A stretch of 64,000 bases of DNA from the sequence record NZ_LR134454.1. One strand, given 5' to 3'. The stretch comes from a plasmid. The position numbers and the translations under genes are program-made. Every line of letters starts with the position of its first letter. The stretch's first letter is position 1. Below the pieces are notes generated by a model. It worked only from the letters and a program-made list of their open reading frames with translations. It did not search any database and had not been told where the DNA came from. Positions 26,711 to 38,621 of the stretch are shown piece after piece.

Positions 26711-27762
26711 CGGTCCTGGTGGCCGGGCAGGACCCGGCCGGCGCGGCCGCGGTCGCCGACCGGCTGGGCGGGGACGCCGCGGCCGTCGGCGCCGACGGCG
26801 TGCCGGTCCCGCTCGGCGAGCACCGCGGCGAGCACGACGTGCTGGTCTACGTCCTCGACGCCTGCGTCCCCGCCGATGCGGTCGACGCCGCCGCGCTCGG
26901 CCGCCTCCGCGCCGGCCTGCCGACGGTGCTCGCCGCCACCGGCGCCGACGTCTACCCCGACGCCGCGGACGTCCTCGCAGCGTCCGGGCGCGTGTTGGGC
27001 GGCGACGTGGTGAGCGTCCAGCCCGACTCGGGCGGCGGCTTCGACGCGCTGCGCGCCGCCCTCGCCGACCCGCTCCCCGCGCGGCCCCTCGCGCCCGCCG
27101 GCCCGCCCGCCGCGCCGCCGAACCCCGCGCTGGAGCGGGCGGACCGTTCGGCCTACCTGCGCTCGACGATCGCGCGGGTGCGGGCCGCGCTGCTCGCCGA
27201 CTCCGCGGAGGGCTTCCGGCGCCACGAGGACGAGCCCGGCGCCGACGTGCGGCCGCGGCTCACCGGCGTCGCCGTGGCGCTCGAACGCTCGCTGTACGCG
27301 CAGCTGTGCGCGGCCTACCGCGGCACCTTCGCGGGCTGGCCCGATCCGCCGGAGCCCGCGGTGCCGGTGCTTCCCCGACCCGACCCGCCGGAGGCGCCCG
27401 CGCACCGTCGCCGGCCCGAGGACCTGGCGGTGCTGATCCTGGGTGCGTCCGCCGGGCTCGGCATCGGCCGGGCCGTGGCCGCGCCGCTCGAGGCGCTGGG
27501 CGCGCTGCGCTGGCTCGCCCTGCCGATCAGCCTCGCCGTCGGACTCGCCGCGGCGGTGTGGCTGCTGCGGGTGCGCCGCCGCTCGACCGTCCGGGCGGAC
27601 CGCCGGAGCTGGGCGGACGCCGCCGCGGCCGGCTTCCGGCAGCGCGTCGAGTTCGAGCTGGCGGCGGCGCTGGTCGCCGCGGAGGCCGATGCCGCGCTGC
27701 GGCTCGCGCGCGGACCGGGAACCGATCGGGAGGCTGGTGCGTCCAATGAGTATGGACCCTGA
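26707..27762 (+). CDS. Hypothetical protein with a second degenerate GTPase-like N-terminal domain and two C-terminal TM helices.
   Basis: The GTG start overlaps the stop of the upstream gene. N-terminal VLVAGQDPAG...LAATGADV. C-terminal hydrophobic pair LAVLILGASAGLGIGRAV / LALPISLAVGLAAAVWLL. Confidence 0.4.
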   Translation: MTVLVAGQDPAGAAAVADRLGGDAAAVGADGVPVPLGEHRGEHDVLVYVLDACVPADAVDAAALGRLRAGLPTVLAATGADVYPDAADVLAASGRVLGGDVVSVQPDSGGGFDALRAALADPLPARPLAPAGPPAAPPNPALERADRSAYLRSTIARVRAALLADSAEGFRRHEDEPGADVRPRLTGVAVALERSLYAQLCAAYRGTFAGWPDPPEPAVPVLPRPDPPEAPAHRRRPEDLAVLILGASAGLGIGRAVAAPLEALGALRWLALPISLAVGLAAAVWLLRVRRRSTVRADRRSWADAAAAGFRQRVEFELAAALVAAEADAALRLARGPGTDREAGASNEYGP

Positions 27763-28087
27763 TTTCGGGCTGTTCGGGGCGCCGGACGCGGACGCGTTCG
27801 GCCCGGGCCTGTTCGACGGTGCCGTCCCCGCCGCCGAGCCCTCGCCCGGCGGGCTCTGGGTGCACGCCGAGGACGGCTGGTACGACGTGCACGCCCTGGA
27901 CACGGACGGCGACGGACTGGTCGACACGGGCACCCTCACCGACGCCCAGGGCACCGCCGTGTTCACCGATCTCGACGCCGACGGGGTGGCCGACGTCTAC
28001 CACCGGGTGCGGCCCGACGGGACCTTCGAGACCTGGCGCTTCGGCGACGGCCGGTGGCGACTCCTGGATAGGGGCGACATTGCTTGA
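27746..28087 (+). CDS. Small (113 aa) Asp-rich protein with two EF-hand-like DxDxDG loops.
   Basis: HALDTDGDGLVDTGTL and FTDLDADGVADVY both fit DxDxDGxxD. The gene overlaps the upstream gene by 17 nt and ends 46 nt before the NRPS start. It is not MbtH-like (no SxWP/W motifs). Confidence 0.5.
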   Translation: MSMDPDFGLFGAPDADAFGPGLFDGAVPAAEPSPGGLWVHAEDGWYDVHALDTDGDGLVDTGTLTDAQGTAVFTDLDADGVADVYHRVRPDGTFETWRFGDGRWRLLDRGDIA

Positions 28088-28102
28088 CACGGTTCGATAG
28101 GG

Positions 28103-28114
28103 TTGCGATCGCAA
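28103..28114. promoter_or_regulatory. Perfect 12-bp palindrome TTGCGATCGCAA, 20 nt upstream of the NRPS start codon.
   Basis: Read directly from the sequence. It lies between a TTGACA hexamer (28084-28089) and the GGAGAGG RBS of the NRPS. Confidence 0.45.
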
Positions 28115-28133
28115 ACCTGATGGAGAGGCGACC

Positions 28134-31100
28134 ATGGCGAACCGGTTCAAGGGGAGGCGCGCTGCGCGCGCCGGAGTGACGCTGACCCGGGCGCAGGAGC
28201 ACGTTCTCGCCGCGCGCGCGGCCGATGGGCAGGGTCCGCTCTGGACGATCAGCGAGTACATCGTCCTCGACGGGGACGTCGACGACGCCGTGCTGCGCCG
28301 CGCCGCCGCGTACGTGGCGACGGCGGCCGAGCCCCTCGTGGTCCGGATCGACGAGAAGGCGCACACCCAGGTCACCGGAGCCGGTACCACGGTTGTCGTG
28401 GAGGAGGTCGACCTGCGCCACGCGGCCGATCCCGAGGAGGCGGCCCGCAGGTTCGCCGCGGACCGTCTGGCCTCGCCCCCGCGCGCGCCCCGGGTCCGCC
28501 TCGCCCTCGTCCGCACCTCCGCGACCCGGGTGCGGCTGCTGCTCGAATGCGACCTCGCGGTCGCCGACGGCTACACCGCCGCCCGCGTCCGCGCCGCGAT
28601 CGCCCGCGCCTACACCGCCCTGGTCGAGGGCCGCACCCTGCAGGCGGACCCGATCCGTCCGCTGCGCGCGCTGCGCGACGCCGAATCCGGCTACCTCGCC
28701 TCCCGCGACCGCGCGGAGGACGCCGCGTACTGGCGCGCCGCCGGCCTCCCGGGCCCGACCACGCTTCCGGGCGGCGCACCGTCGGGCGCCCCGAACGGCC
28801 AGGTCCGGGCGCCGTTGCTGTCCGTTCCCGCGGAGCTCGTCGGCAGCCTCGACGCCGAGGCCCGCGCCGTGGGCGTGCGGAACTTCACCGTCGCCGTCGT
28901 CGCGGCAGCGCTCGTCGCCGCGCGCCGCACCGGCGCCGAGCGGGTGCGGGTCGACCTGCCCGTGTCCGGCCGCATCGACGAGACCGGCCTCGACACCGAC
29001 GGCGCCGCGGGCACCACCATCGCCGTGCGCGTCGACCTCCCGCCGGCGGGCACGGTGCGGGAGTGCCTGCGCGCCGTCGACGCCTCCATCCGGCAGGCCT
29101 TCCTGCACCAGCGCGGCCGCCCGCTCGACGGCGAGCACGGCTCGACGGGCCTGGTCGTGAACTACCTGCAGCCGATCCCGGAGGACTTCGCCGGCGTGCC
29201 CGGTGGCACCGAGGTGATCAACGCCGGCCCCGTCCGGCACCTCGCCTTCGTCGCGCTCGCGATGGACGACGGCCTCGTCCTCGACGTCCGCGGCCGCGCC
29301 GGGGTCTTCGACGACGAGCAGGTCGCCGCCCTCGCCGCCGAGTGGCGCGGCGCCATCGCCGCGCTCGTCGCCGACCCCGACGCGCCGCTGGGCCCGCTCC
29401 GCGAGGTCGTTGTCGCCTCGGAGCCGGCCACCCCGGACGCCGCCGCGGTGGGTACCGCCGTCGGCGGCGACGACGTCGCGCTCGTCGCGCAGTTGCTGAG
29501 CGACATCCTCGGCGTGCCCGACGTGGGCCCCGACGATTCGCTCTTCGACCTGGGCGGCACCTCGCTGGTCGCGGTCCGGGTCACCGACCGGCTCGCCGAG
29601 CTGCGCGGCGTCCAGATCCCCGCGGTCGACGTCTTCGACAACCCCACGCCCCGCGGCCTGGCCGCGCTGCTCGCGACGGCGCCGCCCGTCGCCACGCCTG
29701 CGCCGAGCCCTTTGAGCGGCATCGCGATCGTCCCGGCGTCCGGGTCCGAGGACGCCGCGGCATCGTCGACCCCGGCCCCGTCCGGCCCGGTGATCCCGTC
29801 CCTGGGCGACGTTCCGGAGGCCCCCGCCTCGCACGCGCAGGCCGGCCTGTTCCGCGACTTCCAGCTCTCCGGGCCCTCGCCGGTCTACAACATGCCGCTG
29901 GTACTCGACTTCGACGAGCCCGTGGACGCCGCCGCGATGGCCCTCGCCGTGCGGGACGTGGTGATCAAGCACCGGGCGCTGCGCACCGTGCTGCGGCTGC
30001 GCGGCGACGACGTGGTGCAGGACCTCACCGTTCCCGTCGACGACGCCCGGCTGCTCGAGCGGCGCACCGTCGCCGCCGACGACCGCGACGACGCCGCCCG
30101 CGAGTGCGCCGCGTACGCCTTCGACCTCGCCGCGGAACCGCCCTTCCGGGGCTGGCTGCTGGAGGACGCCGACCCGGACGAGCCGCAGCGGATGGTCCTC
30201 GTGCTGCACCACACCGCCGGCGACGGCGCGTCCGTGGGGCCGCTGCTGCGCGACCTGGTCGCCGCCTACGCGGCCCGCCGCTCGGGCGTCGCGCCGGATC
30301 TCGGCGCCCCCGCCGTCGAGTACGCCGACGTCGCCGCGTGGCAGGTCGCGCGGCTGCGGGACCCCGACGGCCCGGTCGTGGCGCAGCGCGAGTTCTGGCG
30401 CCGCACGCTCGACGGTGCGCCCGCCGAGACCGCGCTGCCCGTCGACCGGCCGTACCCCGCGGAGAACGGCTTCGCCGGTGGCACTGTCGATCTCGCGTGG
30501 CCCGCCGAGCTCACCGCGTCGCTGCGGACCGTCGCGCGCGCGTCCGGAGCGAGCCTGTTCATGGTCCACTACGCCGCCCTCGCGGCGCTGCTGTCGAAGC
30601 TCGGCGCGGGCGACGACGTGGTGATCGGCACCGCCGCGTCCGGTCGCCCCGCGTCGTGCGACGACGTGGTCGGCATGTTCGTCAACCTGCTGCCCCTGCG
30701 CACCACCGTCGACTGGTCGGCCCCGTTCGAGGAGTACCTGCGGCGCACCCGCGCGACGGTCCTCGACGCCTACGCGAATCAGGACGTGCCGTTCGGCGAG
30801 GTCGTCGCGATGCAGCCCCGCGGCTCGGCCGCCCGTCACCCCGTCTTCCAGGTGATCCTCGGCTGGAACGAGGACCCGGGCTGGGGCGACGTGCGGGACG
30901 TCCTCGGCGCCGAGGTGGCGCCGATGGCCGCCGGCACGTCCCGCGCGGACCTGCTGTTCAGCATCACCGAGTCCGCCGACGGCCTCGCCGGCGGCGTCGA
31001 GTACCGCACCGACGTCTTCGACCGCGCCACGATCGAGACCCTGGTCGCCCGCTGGCGGCGGCTGCTCGAGCAGATCGCCGCGGAGCCGCGGACCCCCGTC

Positions 31101-34100
31101 GCGGCCCTCGACGTGCTGCTCGACGCCGAGCCCGCCACCCTCGCGGCGTGGGGCGCACCGTCGGGCCCGCAGCCCACCCGCGTCGTGCCCGACCTGATCG
31201 ACGAGTGGATCCGCACCAGCCCCGACGCGCTCGCCCTCGTCGACGACGAGGAGTCGCTGACCTACGCCGACCTCGACCGGGAGGCGAACCGCTGGGCCCG
31301 CCACCTGCACGGCGAGGGCGTCCGCCCCGGCGACGTGGTCGCTGTGACGGTGCCCCGCTCGGCGCGGCTCCTCGTCGTGGAGCTGGCCGTGCTGCGCGCC
31401 GGCGCCGCGTACCTGCCGATCGACCCCGCGTACCCCGCGGAGCGCATCGCGTTCCTGCTGGAGGACGCGGCGCCCCGCCTCGTGGTCGGCGCCGACACCG
31501 TCCCCGACCTGCAGCGGTTCGACGGCGCGCCGCTCACCGACGCCGAGCGGGGCCGGCCCCTGCGACCCGAGGACGCCGCGTACGTCGTCTACACCTCCGG
31601 CACGACCGGCACCCCGAAGGGCGTCGTGGTGCCGCACGCCGGTGCCGCCGGCCTGGCCGCGGCGATCGTCGCCGAAACCGGGGCGGGCCCGGGCGCGCAG
31701 GTGCTGTCGAACTTCTCGGTGGGCTTCGACATCTCCTTCTGGGACCTGCTCAGCGCGCTCGCCACCGGCGGCACGCTGCGGATCTCCGCCGAGACCCGCG
31801 TCGGCGACGAGCTCGCCGACTTCGTCGAGGAGCACGGCGTCACGCACGCGCTCATCACCCCGTCGGTCCTGGCCGCGGTCACGCCGGGCCGGATGGCCTG
31901 CCTGACCTCGCTCACCGTGGGCGCCGAGGCGGTCACGCGGCCGCTCATCGAGGCCTGGGCACCCGGGCGCCGGCTGATCAACGCGTACGGCCCCACCGAG
32001 CTCACCGTCGCCACGACCGTCGGGCGGCTCGAACCCGGCGCCGACGTGGTGTCGATCGGCCGCCCCATCGGCGGCTCCCGCGCGTACGTCCTCGACGCGG
32101 GGCTGCGCCGCGTGCCGCCGGGCGTCGTCGGCGAGCTGTACGTCGGCGGGCCGGGCGTCGCGCGCGGCTACGGCGGCCGTCCGGGCCTGACGGCGTCGCG
32201 GTTCGTCGCCGACCCGCTCGGCGCCGACGGCGACCGCGTCTACCGCACCGGCGACCTCGTGCGCTGGCTGCCCGGCGGCGAGCTCGAGTACGTCGGCCGC
32301 GCCGACGACCAGGTGAAACTGCGCGGCTTCCGGATCGAGCCGGGCGAGGTCGAGGCCGCGCTCGCCGCATGCCCCGGCGTCAGCGCCGCCGCGGTCGTCG
32401 TGCAGGGCGACGGTGCCGCCCGCCGCCTCGTCGGCTACGTCACCGGCACGGCGACCGAGCCGGACGCCCGGGCCTTCGCGGCGCGGAGCCTGCCCGCGCA
32501 CATGGTGCCCGCCCGCGTGGTGGTGCTCGACGCGCTGCCGCTGACCGCGAACGGCAAGGTCGACCGCGCGGCGCTGCCCGCGCCCGACGCCGGCGACGAG
32601 GCCCGTTACCGCGCCCCCGGCACCTCCGCCGAGGAGCTCCTCGCCGGGGTCGTCGCCGAGGTGCTCGGCGTGGAGCGGGTCGGCGTCGACGACTCCTTCT
32701 TCGAACTGGGCGGCGACTCGATCACGGCGATCCAGCTGGTGGGCCGCGCCCGCGCCGCGGGCCTGACGCTGACCGCCCACGACGTCTTCGCGCACCGCAC
32801 CGTCGCGGGGCTCGCCGCCGTGGCCGGCGTGGCCGATCCCGCGGACGCCGTGCCCGACGACGGCGTCGGTGAGATCCCGCCGACGCCGGTCCTCACCTGG
32901 TTCGCCGCGCGCGGCGGTACGCCGGACGGCTTCCACCAGTCGGTGCTGGTCCGCACCCCGTCGTCGGTCGACATCGCGACGGTGCACGCGCTGACCCAGG
33001 CCGTCCTCGACCGGCACGACGCCCTGCGCGCGGAGATCGGCGAGGCGCCCGGCGGGGGCCTCTCGCTCACCGCGCGGCCCGTCGGCGCGGTCGCCGCCGC
33101 CGACGTGGTGGACCGCGTCGACGCCACCGGTCTCTCCTTCGACGAGGTCGGCGCGATGATCGCCGCCCAGCACCGCCGGGTGACGGCCCTGTTGCGCCCG
33201 GGCGCACCGTCGCTCCTACGGGTCGTGTGGTTCGACCTGGGCCCCGAGCGGGAGGGCGCGCTGCTGGTCGCGGCGCACCACTTCGTCGTCGACGGCGTCT
33301 CCTGGCGCATCCTGCTCACCGACCTCGCAACCGGCTGGCACGCCGCCTCGACGGGCCGGCCCGTGGTGACGGCCCCGGTGGGCAGCTCCTTCCGCCGCTG
33401 GGCGACGGTGCTCGCCGACCGCGCCGGGCAGGTGGGCCCGGACGAGCTCGCGTACTGGCGGTCCGTGCTCGACGGTGCGCCGTCCCTGGTCGACGGTGCG
33501 CTGGACCCGACCCGCGACACCCACGGTTCCGCCGGCCATGCCGAACTGACCCTGTCCGCCGACGTCGCCGCGCCGTTGCTCGGCGCGGTGCCCGAGGCGT
33601 TCCACGCGGGCGTGCAGGACGTGCTCCTCGCGGCCTTCGCGACCGCGGTGACCGCTTGGGCGGGCGAGCGCGGACGCGACGCCGAATCGGCGCTCGTCGA
33701 GGTGGAGACGCACGGCCGCGACGAGACCCTGGCCCCCGGCCTGGATCTCACGCGCACCGTCGGCTGGTTCACCAACGTCCACCCGCTGCGGCTGCGGCCG
33801 GGCGCGGGTGCCGACGCCGCCGCGGCGGTCAAGAACATCAAGGAGCAGCTGCGGACCGTCCCGGACGGCGGTATCGGCTACGGCCTCGCGCGGTTCGGCG
33901 GCGCCGCGGCGGCGCAGGAGTTCGCGGGACTGCCGCAGCCGGAGATCGGCTTCAACTACCTGGGCCGCACGACCGGCGCGAGCGACCGCGACTGGGCGCC
34001 CGACCGCCGCTTCCCCGACCTCTCCCCGGCGCCCGACGGGCTCGCGCTGCTGCACGCCGTGGAGGTGAACGCGGTCGCCCGCGACGGCGCCGACGGGCCG

Positions 34101-37100
34101 GAGCTCGTCGCGTCGTGGACGTGGGCGCCCGCGCTCGTCGACGAGGACGCGGTGCGCCGCCTCGGCGCGCTGTGGTTCGACGCCCTGCGCGGCGTCGTGG
34201 CCGCGGCCGACGACGCCGGCGGGCACACGCCCTCCGACTTCCCGCTGGTCGCCCTCACCGCGGCGCAGGTCGAGCGGCTCGACGAGCGCTACCCGGGCCT
34301 GCAGGACGTGCTGCCGCTGACCGCGCTGCAGCAGGGCTTCCGGTATCACGCGGAGCTCGGCGACGCCGACGACGAACGGCCCGACCCGTACGTGGTGCAG
34401 ACGGTGATCGACTTCGCGGGCGCCCTCGACGAGGGCCGCTTCGCGGCGTCGGTCGCGGCGCTCCTGGCCCGCCGCGAGGCGCTGCGCGCCCGGTTCGTCG
34501 CCGACGGCCTCGACGCGCCCGTCCAGGTCATCGCCGCCCCCGGGCCCGCGCCCTACCGGTACGAGGATGTGCGCGCGGACGACGACCCGGAGGGCCGGTT
34601 CGCCGAACTCGCCGCGGCCGAGCGGCGCCGCGGCTTCCGCCTCGACCGCGACCTCGGCATGCGGTTCCTTCTGGTCCGGGTGGGGGAGCGGGACTTCCGG
34701 CTGGTGGTGACCAACCACCACATCCTGTGGGACGGCTGGTCGGCTCCGGTGATCTTCCGCGACCTGCTGGCCGGCTACGCGGGCCTCGACCCCGACGCCG
34801 CCGGCGTCCCGCGGGCGACGCTGCGCGACTACTTCACCTGGCTGCGGGGCCGCGACGGCGACGCCGCGCGCACCGCGTGGGCCGCCGAGCTCGACGGCCT
34901 CGACGAGCCGACGCTCGTCGCCCGCGACCTCCCGCGCGCGCACCCGAGCGGCGCCGCGCGCGGGCCCGGAGCCGACGGCGGACCGTCGGGCCCGGAGCAG
35001 GACGAGGTCCGCGCGACCATCCCCGCCAACCTGACCGCGGCCGTCACGCGCCTCGCGGGCCGCCTCGGCGCCACGCCGGGGGCGGTGCTGCAGGCCACCT
35101 GGGCGATCGCGCTCGGCGGCGCGACGGGCCGCGGCGACGTGGTCTTCGGCTCCGTGCAGTCGGGCCGCCCCGCGCAGCTCGACGGCGTCGAGGACCTGGT
35201 CGGCCTCCTCATCACCACCTCCCCGGTGCGGGTGGACCTGGACCCGCGGCGCACCGTCCGCGAGGTCGCGCTCGGCGTGCAGGAGCAGTACGTGCGCCTG
35301 CTCGACCACCAGCACCTCGGGCTGACGGGCATCGCCCGCGCGGCCGGGCGGGACGAGCTCTTCGACTCGCTGTTCGTGGTGGAGAACTACCCGTCGACCG
35401 CGGGCGCGACGATCCCCGGCACCGATGTCGAGGTCGTCGACGTGCGCGGCGACGACGCCACCCACTACCCGCTGTCCGTCGCCGTGGTCCCGGGCGAGAC
35501 CCTGCACGTCCGCGCGGGCTTCCGCACCGACGCGGTGGACCGCGCGGCCGTCGAGGACCTCCTCGACCGGTGGCGCCGGATCCTGACCGCCGCGGTCGCG
35601 CGCCCCGACGCCCGGCTCGCCGACATCGACGGCGCAGGGGAGACCGAGCGGCTGCTGGTGCGGCGCTGGGGCGGCGCGATCGGCGGCGTGCCCGCCCGCA
35701 CCCTGCCCGAGCTGTTCGCGCGCCGCGCCGCGGCCCGGCCGAAGTCCCGGGCCGTCGCGGGCGAGGGCACGCCCCTCACCTACGCCGAGCTCGACGCGCT
35801 CTCGAACCGGTGGGCGCGCCGCTTCCTCGCCGAGGGCGTCGGCCCGGGCGACGTGGTCGCCGTGACCGCGCCCCGCTCGATCGGCTTCGTCGCCGTCGTG
35901 CTCGGCGTCGCGAAGGCCGGCGGCGCGTTCCTGCCCATCGACGCCGCGACGCCGCGGGAGCGGATCGAGGCCATGTTCGCCGACGCGCACCCCGTCCTCG
36001 AGGTCGACGGTGCGCTGCTCGACGCGGGGCCCGGCGGGGACGCGGGCGAGGAGCCCGTCACCGACGCCGACCGGCGTGCTCCCCTGACCCCGCAGGACGC
36101 GGCCTACGTCATCTTCACCTCGGGCTCGACGGGCACGCCCAAGGGCGTCACCGTCACCCACGCCGGCCTCGCCGACCTGGTGCGGACCTTCGACGAGCTG
36201 GATCTCGGGCCGGGGACCCGGATGCTGCACAACGCGTCCGTCGGCTTCGACGCCGCGGTCTGGGAGCTGCTGTGCGCGCTCGGCACGGGCGGCACGCTGG
36301 TCGTCTCGGCGACGGTGCGCGCGGGCCGCGAGCTCGCCGCCTTCGTCGAGAAGTACCGGGTCACCAACGCGGTGCTCACGCCCTCCGTGCTGGCGTCGGT
36401 GCCGGAGAGGCGGATGCGGGGCCTGACGTCGCTGGTGGTCGCCGCCGAGGCGGTGCCGCGTGCGCTCGTCGACCGCTGGGGCCCCGGCCGCCGGCTGGTC
36501 AACGCCTACGGCCCCACGGAGGCCACGATCGCGGTCTCGTTCGCGCGGATCCGCCCCGGCGAGTCCGGCCCGGTGCCCATCGGCCGCCCCGTCCGCGGCA
36601 TGGCGGTCCGGGTGCTCGACGGCGCCCTCCGCCGCGTCGCGCCCGGCGTCGTGGGCGAGTTGTACGTCGCGGGCGCCGCGGTGGCCCGCGGCTACGTCGG
36701 CCGGCCGGGCCTCACGGCGTCCCGGTTCGTCGCCGACCCGTACGGTGGCGCCGGGACCCGCATGTACCGCACGGGTGACCTGGTCCGGTGGCTGCCCGAC
36801 GGGACGCTGGAGTACGTGGGGCGCGCCGACGACCAGGTGAAGATCCGCGGCGTCCGCGTCGAGCTCGGCGAGGTGGAGGCGGCGCTGGCCGCCTGCCCGG
36901 GCGTGAGCGCCGCGGTCGCCGCGGTGCGCGACGGCGCCACCGGTGCGCGGCTCGTCGGGTACGTCGTCGCGCCCGGCCTCGCGCCCGACGAGGTGACGGC
37001 CGCCGTCGCCCGCCGGCTGCCCGCCGCGATGGTCCCGTTCGTCGTGGTGCTCGACGCGCTGCCGCTGACCCCGAGCGGCAAGCTCGACCGGGCTGCGCTG

Positions 37101-38528
37101 CCGGAGCCGGTGTTCGCCGCCGCGGCCGGGTACCGGGCCCCCGAGACCGAGGAGGAGCGGGCCATGGTCGCGCTGTTCGAGTCGGTCCTCGAGGCCGAGG
37201 GCGTGGGCCTGGACGACTCCTTCTTCGAGCTGGGCGGCGACTCGTTGTCGCTGATGCGGCTCGTGGACCGCGTGGACGTCGACTTCGGGGTCCGCGTCCC
37301 GATCGTGGGGCTGTTCGAGAGCGCCACCCCGGCGTCGGTGCTCGCGTCGCTGTCGGCGGCGGGAGGGGCGCGCGCCGGCGTCGAGGTCCCCGTCGACGAC
37401 GTGCGGTTCGCGCCGGCCACGCCCGACGTGGTGCCGAGCGGGCACGAGGTCCTCGTCACCGGCGCCACCGGCCTGCTGGGCGGGCACCTGATCCGGGCCG
37501 TGCTCGAGGCGGACCCCGCGGCGCGCGTGCGGGCCCTGGTCCGCGCCCGCGACGAGGCGTCGGGGCTGGAGCGGATCCGCGCGACGATGCGGGGCTACGG
37601 CTCCTGGTCGGACGGCTACGAGGACCGCATCACCGCGCTCCCCGGCGACCTCGCCGAGCCGGGCCTGGGCGTGGACGCGGCCGTGTGGGATCGCGTCATC
37701 GAGCAGGTCGACGCGATCATCCACTGCGGCGCGCGGGTCAACCACGTCGAGCCCTACCCGCGGCTGCGGGCCGCCAACGTCGACTCCACGCGGTTCCTGC
37801 TGGAGCTGGCCTCGCGGCGGCCGGGGACGGTCTTCCAGTTCGTCTCCACCATCTCCGCCGCGGGCGCCTTCGAGGAGATCCCCGACGCCGGGTACACGCA
37901 CTCGAAGTGGGTGGCCGAGCGGGTCGTGGAGCTCGCGGCGGCGAGCGGCGTCCCGTCGACGATCCTGCGTCCCGGCCTCCTGACGGGCGCCCTGGACTCG
38001 GGCGCGACGAACACGGACGACGCCTTCTGGAACCTGGTGCGGTCGATCGCGACGGTCGGCGCGGCACCGTCGGAGCTGCTGGACCAGACGATCGAGATGA
38101 CCCCCGTCGACCGCGCCGCGGAGGCGATGGTCGAGGTCCTCCGCACGGGCGACGAGCCGCTGCGGACGCTCGAGGTGGGCAGCGGCTCGCGGGTGAGCTG
38201 GCGGGAGATCGTCGGGGCGCTGCGCCGCGGCGGCTATCCCGTCGAGGCGGTGCCGGGGCACGTCTTCCTGGAGCGGCAGACCGCCGCGTTCCGCGACCGG
38301 CCGGAGGTGGCGGGGGCGCTCGCGCGCGCCATTCTGCTCATCCGTGCAGGTCTGGAGCGTGAGACCGTCGGCGAGGGTGGCGGCTGGACCCCGACGAGCG
38401 CCGCCGACGGGCGGATCGGGCTCGACGGTGACCGGGGTCCCGTCGGGGACGCCGGGCTCGACGTCTACGTCGACTACTTGGTGCGCATCGGCTTCCTCCC
38501 GCGCGTGGGGAAAGGGGCCGAGGTGTGA
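28134..38528 (+). CDS. Non-ribosomal peptide synthetase, 3464 aa, dimodular with a terminal reductase. Domain order: C* (degenerate)-T-C-A-T-E-C-A-T-R.
   Basis: aa 1-440: condensation-like fold with ECDLAVADG in place of HHxxxDG. aa ~470: [15 protein letters not shown]1 [11 protein letters not shown]1 cores [64 protein letters not shown]1 [12 protein letters not shown] domain [13 protein letters not shown]2 [11 protein letters not shown]2 cores [44 protein letters not shown]2 [12 protein letters not shown] domain [19 protein letters not shown]...YTHSKWVAE (thioester reductase). Confidence 0.9.
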   Translation: MANRFKGRRAARAGVTLTRAQEHVLAARAADGQGPLWTISEYIVLDGDVDDAVLRRAAAYVATAAEPLVVRIDEKAHTQVTGAGTTVVVEEVDLRHAADPEEAARRFAADRLASPPRAPRVRLALVRTSATRVRLLLECDLAVADGYTAARVRAAIARAYTALVEGRTLQADPIRPLRALRDAESGYLASRDRAEDAAYWRAAGLPGPTTLPGGAPSGAPNGQVRAPLLSVPAELVGSLDAEARAVGVRNFTVAVVAAALVAARRTGAERVRVDLPVSGRIDETGLDTDGAAGTTIAVRVDLPPAGTVRECLRAVDASIRQAFLHQRGRPLDGEHGSTGLVVNYLQPIPEDFAGVPGGTEVINAGPVRHLAFVALAMDDGLVLDVRGRAGVFDDEQVAALAAEWRGAIAALVADPDAPLGPLREVVVASEPATPDAAAVGTAVGGDDVALVAQLLSDILGVPDVGPDDSLFDLGGTSLVAVRVTDRLAELRGVQIPAVDVFDNPTPRGLAALLATAPPVATPAPSPLSGIAIVPASGSEDAAASSTPAPSGPVIPSLGDVPEAPASHAQAGLFRDFQLSGPSPVYNMPLVLDFDEPVDAAAMALAVRDVVIKHRALRTVLRLRGDDVVQDLTVPVDDARLLERRTVAADDRDDAARECAAYAFDLAAEPPFRGWLLEDADPDEPQRMVLVLHHTAGDGASVGPLLRDLVAAYAARRSGVAPDLGAPAVEYADVAAWQVARLRDPDGPVVAQREFWRRTLDGAPAETALPVDRPYPAENGFAGGTVDLAWPAELTASLRTVARASGASLFMVHYAALAALLSKLGAGDDVVIGTAASGRPASCDDVVGMFVNLLPLRTTVDWSAPFEEYLRRTRATVLDAYANQDVPFGEVVAMQPRGSAARHPVFQVILGWNEDPGWGDVRDVLGAEVAPMAAGTSRADLLFSITESADGLAGGVEYRTDVFDRATIETLVARWRRLLEQIAAEPRTPVAALDVLLDAEPATLAAWGAPSGPQPTRVVPDLIDEWIRTSPDALALVDDEESLTYADLDREANRWARHLHGEGVRPGDVVAVTVPRSARLLVVELAVLRAGAAYLPIDPAYPAERIAFLLEDAAPRLVVGADTVPDLQRFDGAPLTDAERGRPLRPEDAAYVVYTSGTTGTPKGVVVPHAGAAGLAAAIVAETGAGPGAQVLSNFSVGFDISFWDLLSALATGGTLRISAETRVGDELADFVEEHGVTHALITPSVLAAVTPGRMACLTSLTVGAEAVTRPLIEAWAPGRRLINAYGPTELTVATTVGRLEPGADVVSIGRPIGGSRAYVLDAGLRRVPPGVVGELYVGGPGVARGYGGRPGLTASRFVADPLGADGDRVYRTGDLVRWLPGGELEYVGRADDQVKLRGFRIEPGEVEAALAACPGVSAAAVVVQGDGAARRLVGYVTGTATEPDARAFAARSLPAHMVPARVVVLDALPLTANGKVDRAALPAPDAGDEARYRAPGTSAEELLAGVVAEVLGVERVGVDDSFFELGGDSITAIQLVGRARAAGLTLTAHDVFAHRTVAGLAAVAGVADPADAVPDDGVGEIPPTPVLTWFAARGGTPDGFHQSVLVRTPSSVDIATVHALTQAVLDRHDALRAEIGEAPGGGLSLTARPVGAVAAADVVDRVDATGLSFDEVGAMIAAQHRRVTALLRPGAPSLLRVVWFDLGPEREGALLVAAHHFVVDGVSWRILLTDLATGWHAASTGRPVVTAPVGSSFRRWATVLADRAGQVGPDELAYWRSVLDGAPSLVDGALDPTRDTHGSAGHAELTLSADVAAPLLGAVPEAFHAGVQDVLLAAFATAVTAWAGERGRDAESALVEVETHGRDETLAPGLDLTRTVGWFTNVHPLRLRPGAGADAAAAVKNIKEQLRTVPDGGIGYGLARFGGAAAAQEFAGLPQPEIGFNYLGRTTGASDRDWAPDRRFPDLSPAPDGLALLHAVEVNAVARDGADGPELVASWTWAPALVDEDAVRRLGALWFDALRGVVAAADDAGGHTPSDFPLVALTAAQVERLDERYPGLQDVLPLTALQQGFRYHAELGDADDERPDPYVVQTVIDFAGALDEGRFAASVAALLARREALRARFVADGLDAPVQVIAAPGPAPYRYEDVRADDDPEGRFAELAAAERRRGFRLDRDLGMRFLLVRVGERDFRLVVTNHHILWDGWSAPVIFRDLLAGYAGLDPDAAGVPRATLRDYFTWLRGRDGDAARTAWAAELDGLDEPTLVARDLPRAHPSGAARGPGADGGPSGPEQDEVRATIPANLTAAVTRLAGRLGATPGAVLQATWAIALGGATGRGDVVFGSVQSGRPAQLDGVEDLVGLLITTSPVRVDLDPRRTVREVALGVQEQYVRLLDHQHLGLTGIARAAGRDELFDSLFVVENYPSTAGATIPGTDVEVVDVRGDDATHYPLSVAVVPGETLHVRAGFRTDAVDRAAVEDLLDRWRRILTAAVARPDARLADIDGAGETERLLVRRWGGAIGGVPARTLPELFARRAAARPKSRAVAGEGTPLTYAELDALSNRWARRFLAEGVGPGDVVAVTAPRSIGFVAVVLGVAKAGGAFLPIDAATPRERIEAMFADAHPVLEVDGALLDAGPGGDAGEEPVTDADRRAPLTPQDAAYVIFTSGSTGTPKGVTVTHAGLADLVRTFDELDLGPGTRMLHNASVGFDAAVWELLCALGTGGTLVVSATVRAGRELAAFVEKYRVTNAVLTPSVLASVPERRMRGLTSLVVAAEAVPRALVDRWGPGRRLVNAYGPTEATIAVSFARIRPGESGPVPIGRPVRGMAVRVLDGALRRVAPGVVGELYVAGAAVARGYVGRPGLTASRFVADPYGGAGTRMYRTGDLVRWLPDGTLEYVGRADDQVKIRGVRVELGEVEAALAACPGVSAAVAAVRDGATGARLVGYVVAPGLAPDEVTAAVARRLPAAMVPFVVVLDALPLTPSGKLDRAALPEPVFAAAAGYRAPETEEERAMVALFESVLEAEGVGLDDSFFELGGDSLSLMRLVDRVDVDFGVRVPIVGLFESATPASVLASLSAAGGARAGVEVPVDDVRFAPATPDVVPSGHEVLVTGATGLLGGHLIRAVLEADPAARVRALVRARDEASGLERIRATMRGYGSWSDGYEDRITALPGDLAEPGLGVDAAVWDRVIEQVDAIIHCGARVNHVEPYPRLRAANVDSTRFLLELASRRPGTVFQFVSTISAAGAFEEIPDAGYTHSKWVAERVVELAAASGVPSTILRPGLLTGALDSGATNTDDAFWNLVRSIATVGAAPSELLDQTIEMTPVDRAAEAMVEVLRTGDEPLRTLEVGSGSRVSWREIVGALRRGGYPVEAVPGHVFLERQTAAFRDRPEVAGALARAILLIRAGLERETVGEGGGWTPTSAADGRIGLDGDRGPVGDAGLDVYVDYLVRIGFLPRVGKGAEV

Positions 38529-38621
38529 TGTGAGATGTTGCACGTCACCCTCGGTTCTGTGACCTTGCCCGATGTGTGACACTGGTTCAAAGGTTCGTAT
38601 GCGACTTTGGAGATGACACCT

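Noticed and set aside
27746-28087. MbtH-like protein, expected next to an NRPS.
   Set aside because: No conserved Trp/SxWP MbtH motifs. The sequence is Asp-rich with DxDxDG loops instead.
27963-38582. Two very long minus-strand ORFs (1736 aa and 1788 aa) antisense to the NRPS.
   Set aside because: Arg/Gly/Asp-rich translations with no motifs, fully overlapping a domain-complete NRPS on the opposite strand. Typical high-GC antisense ORFs.
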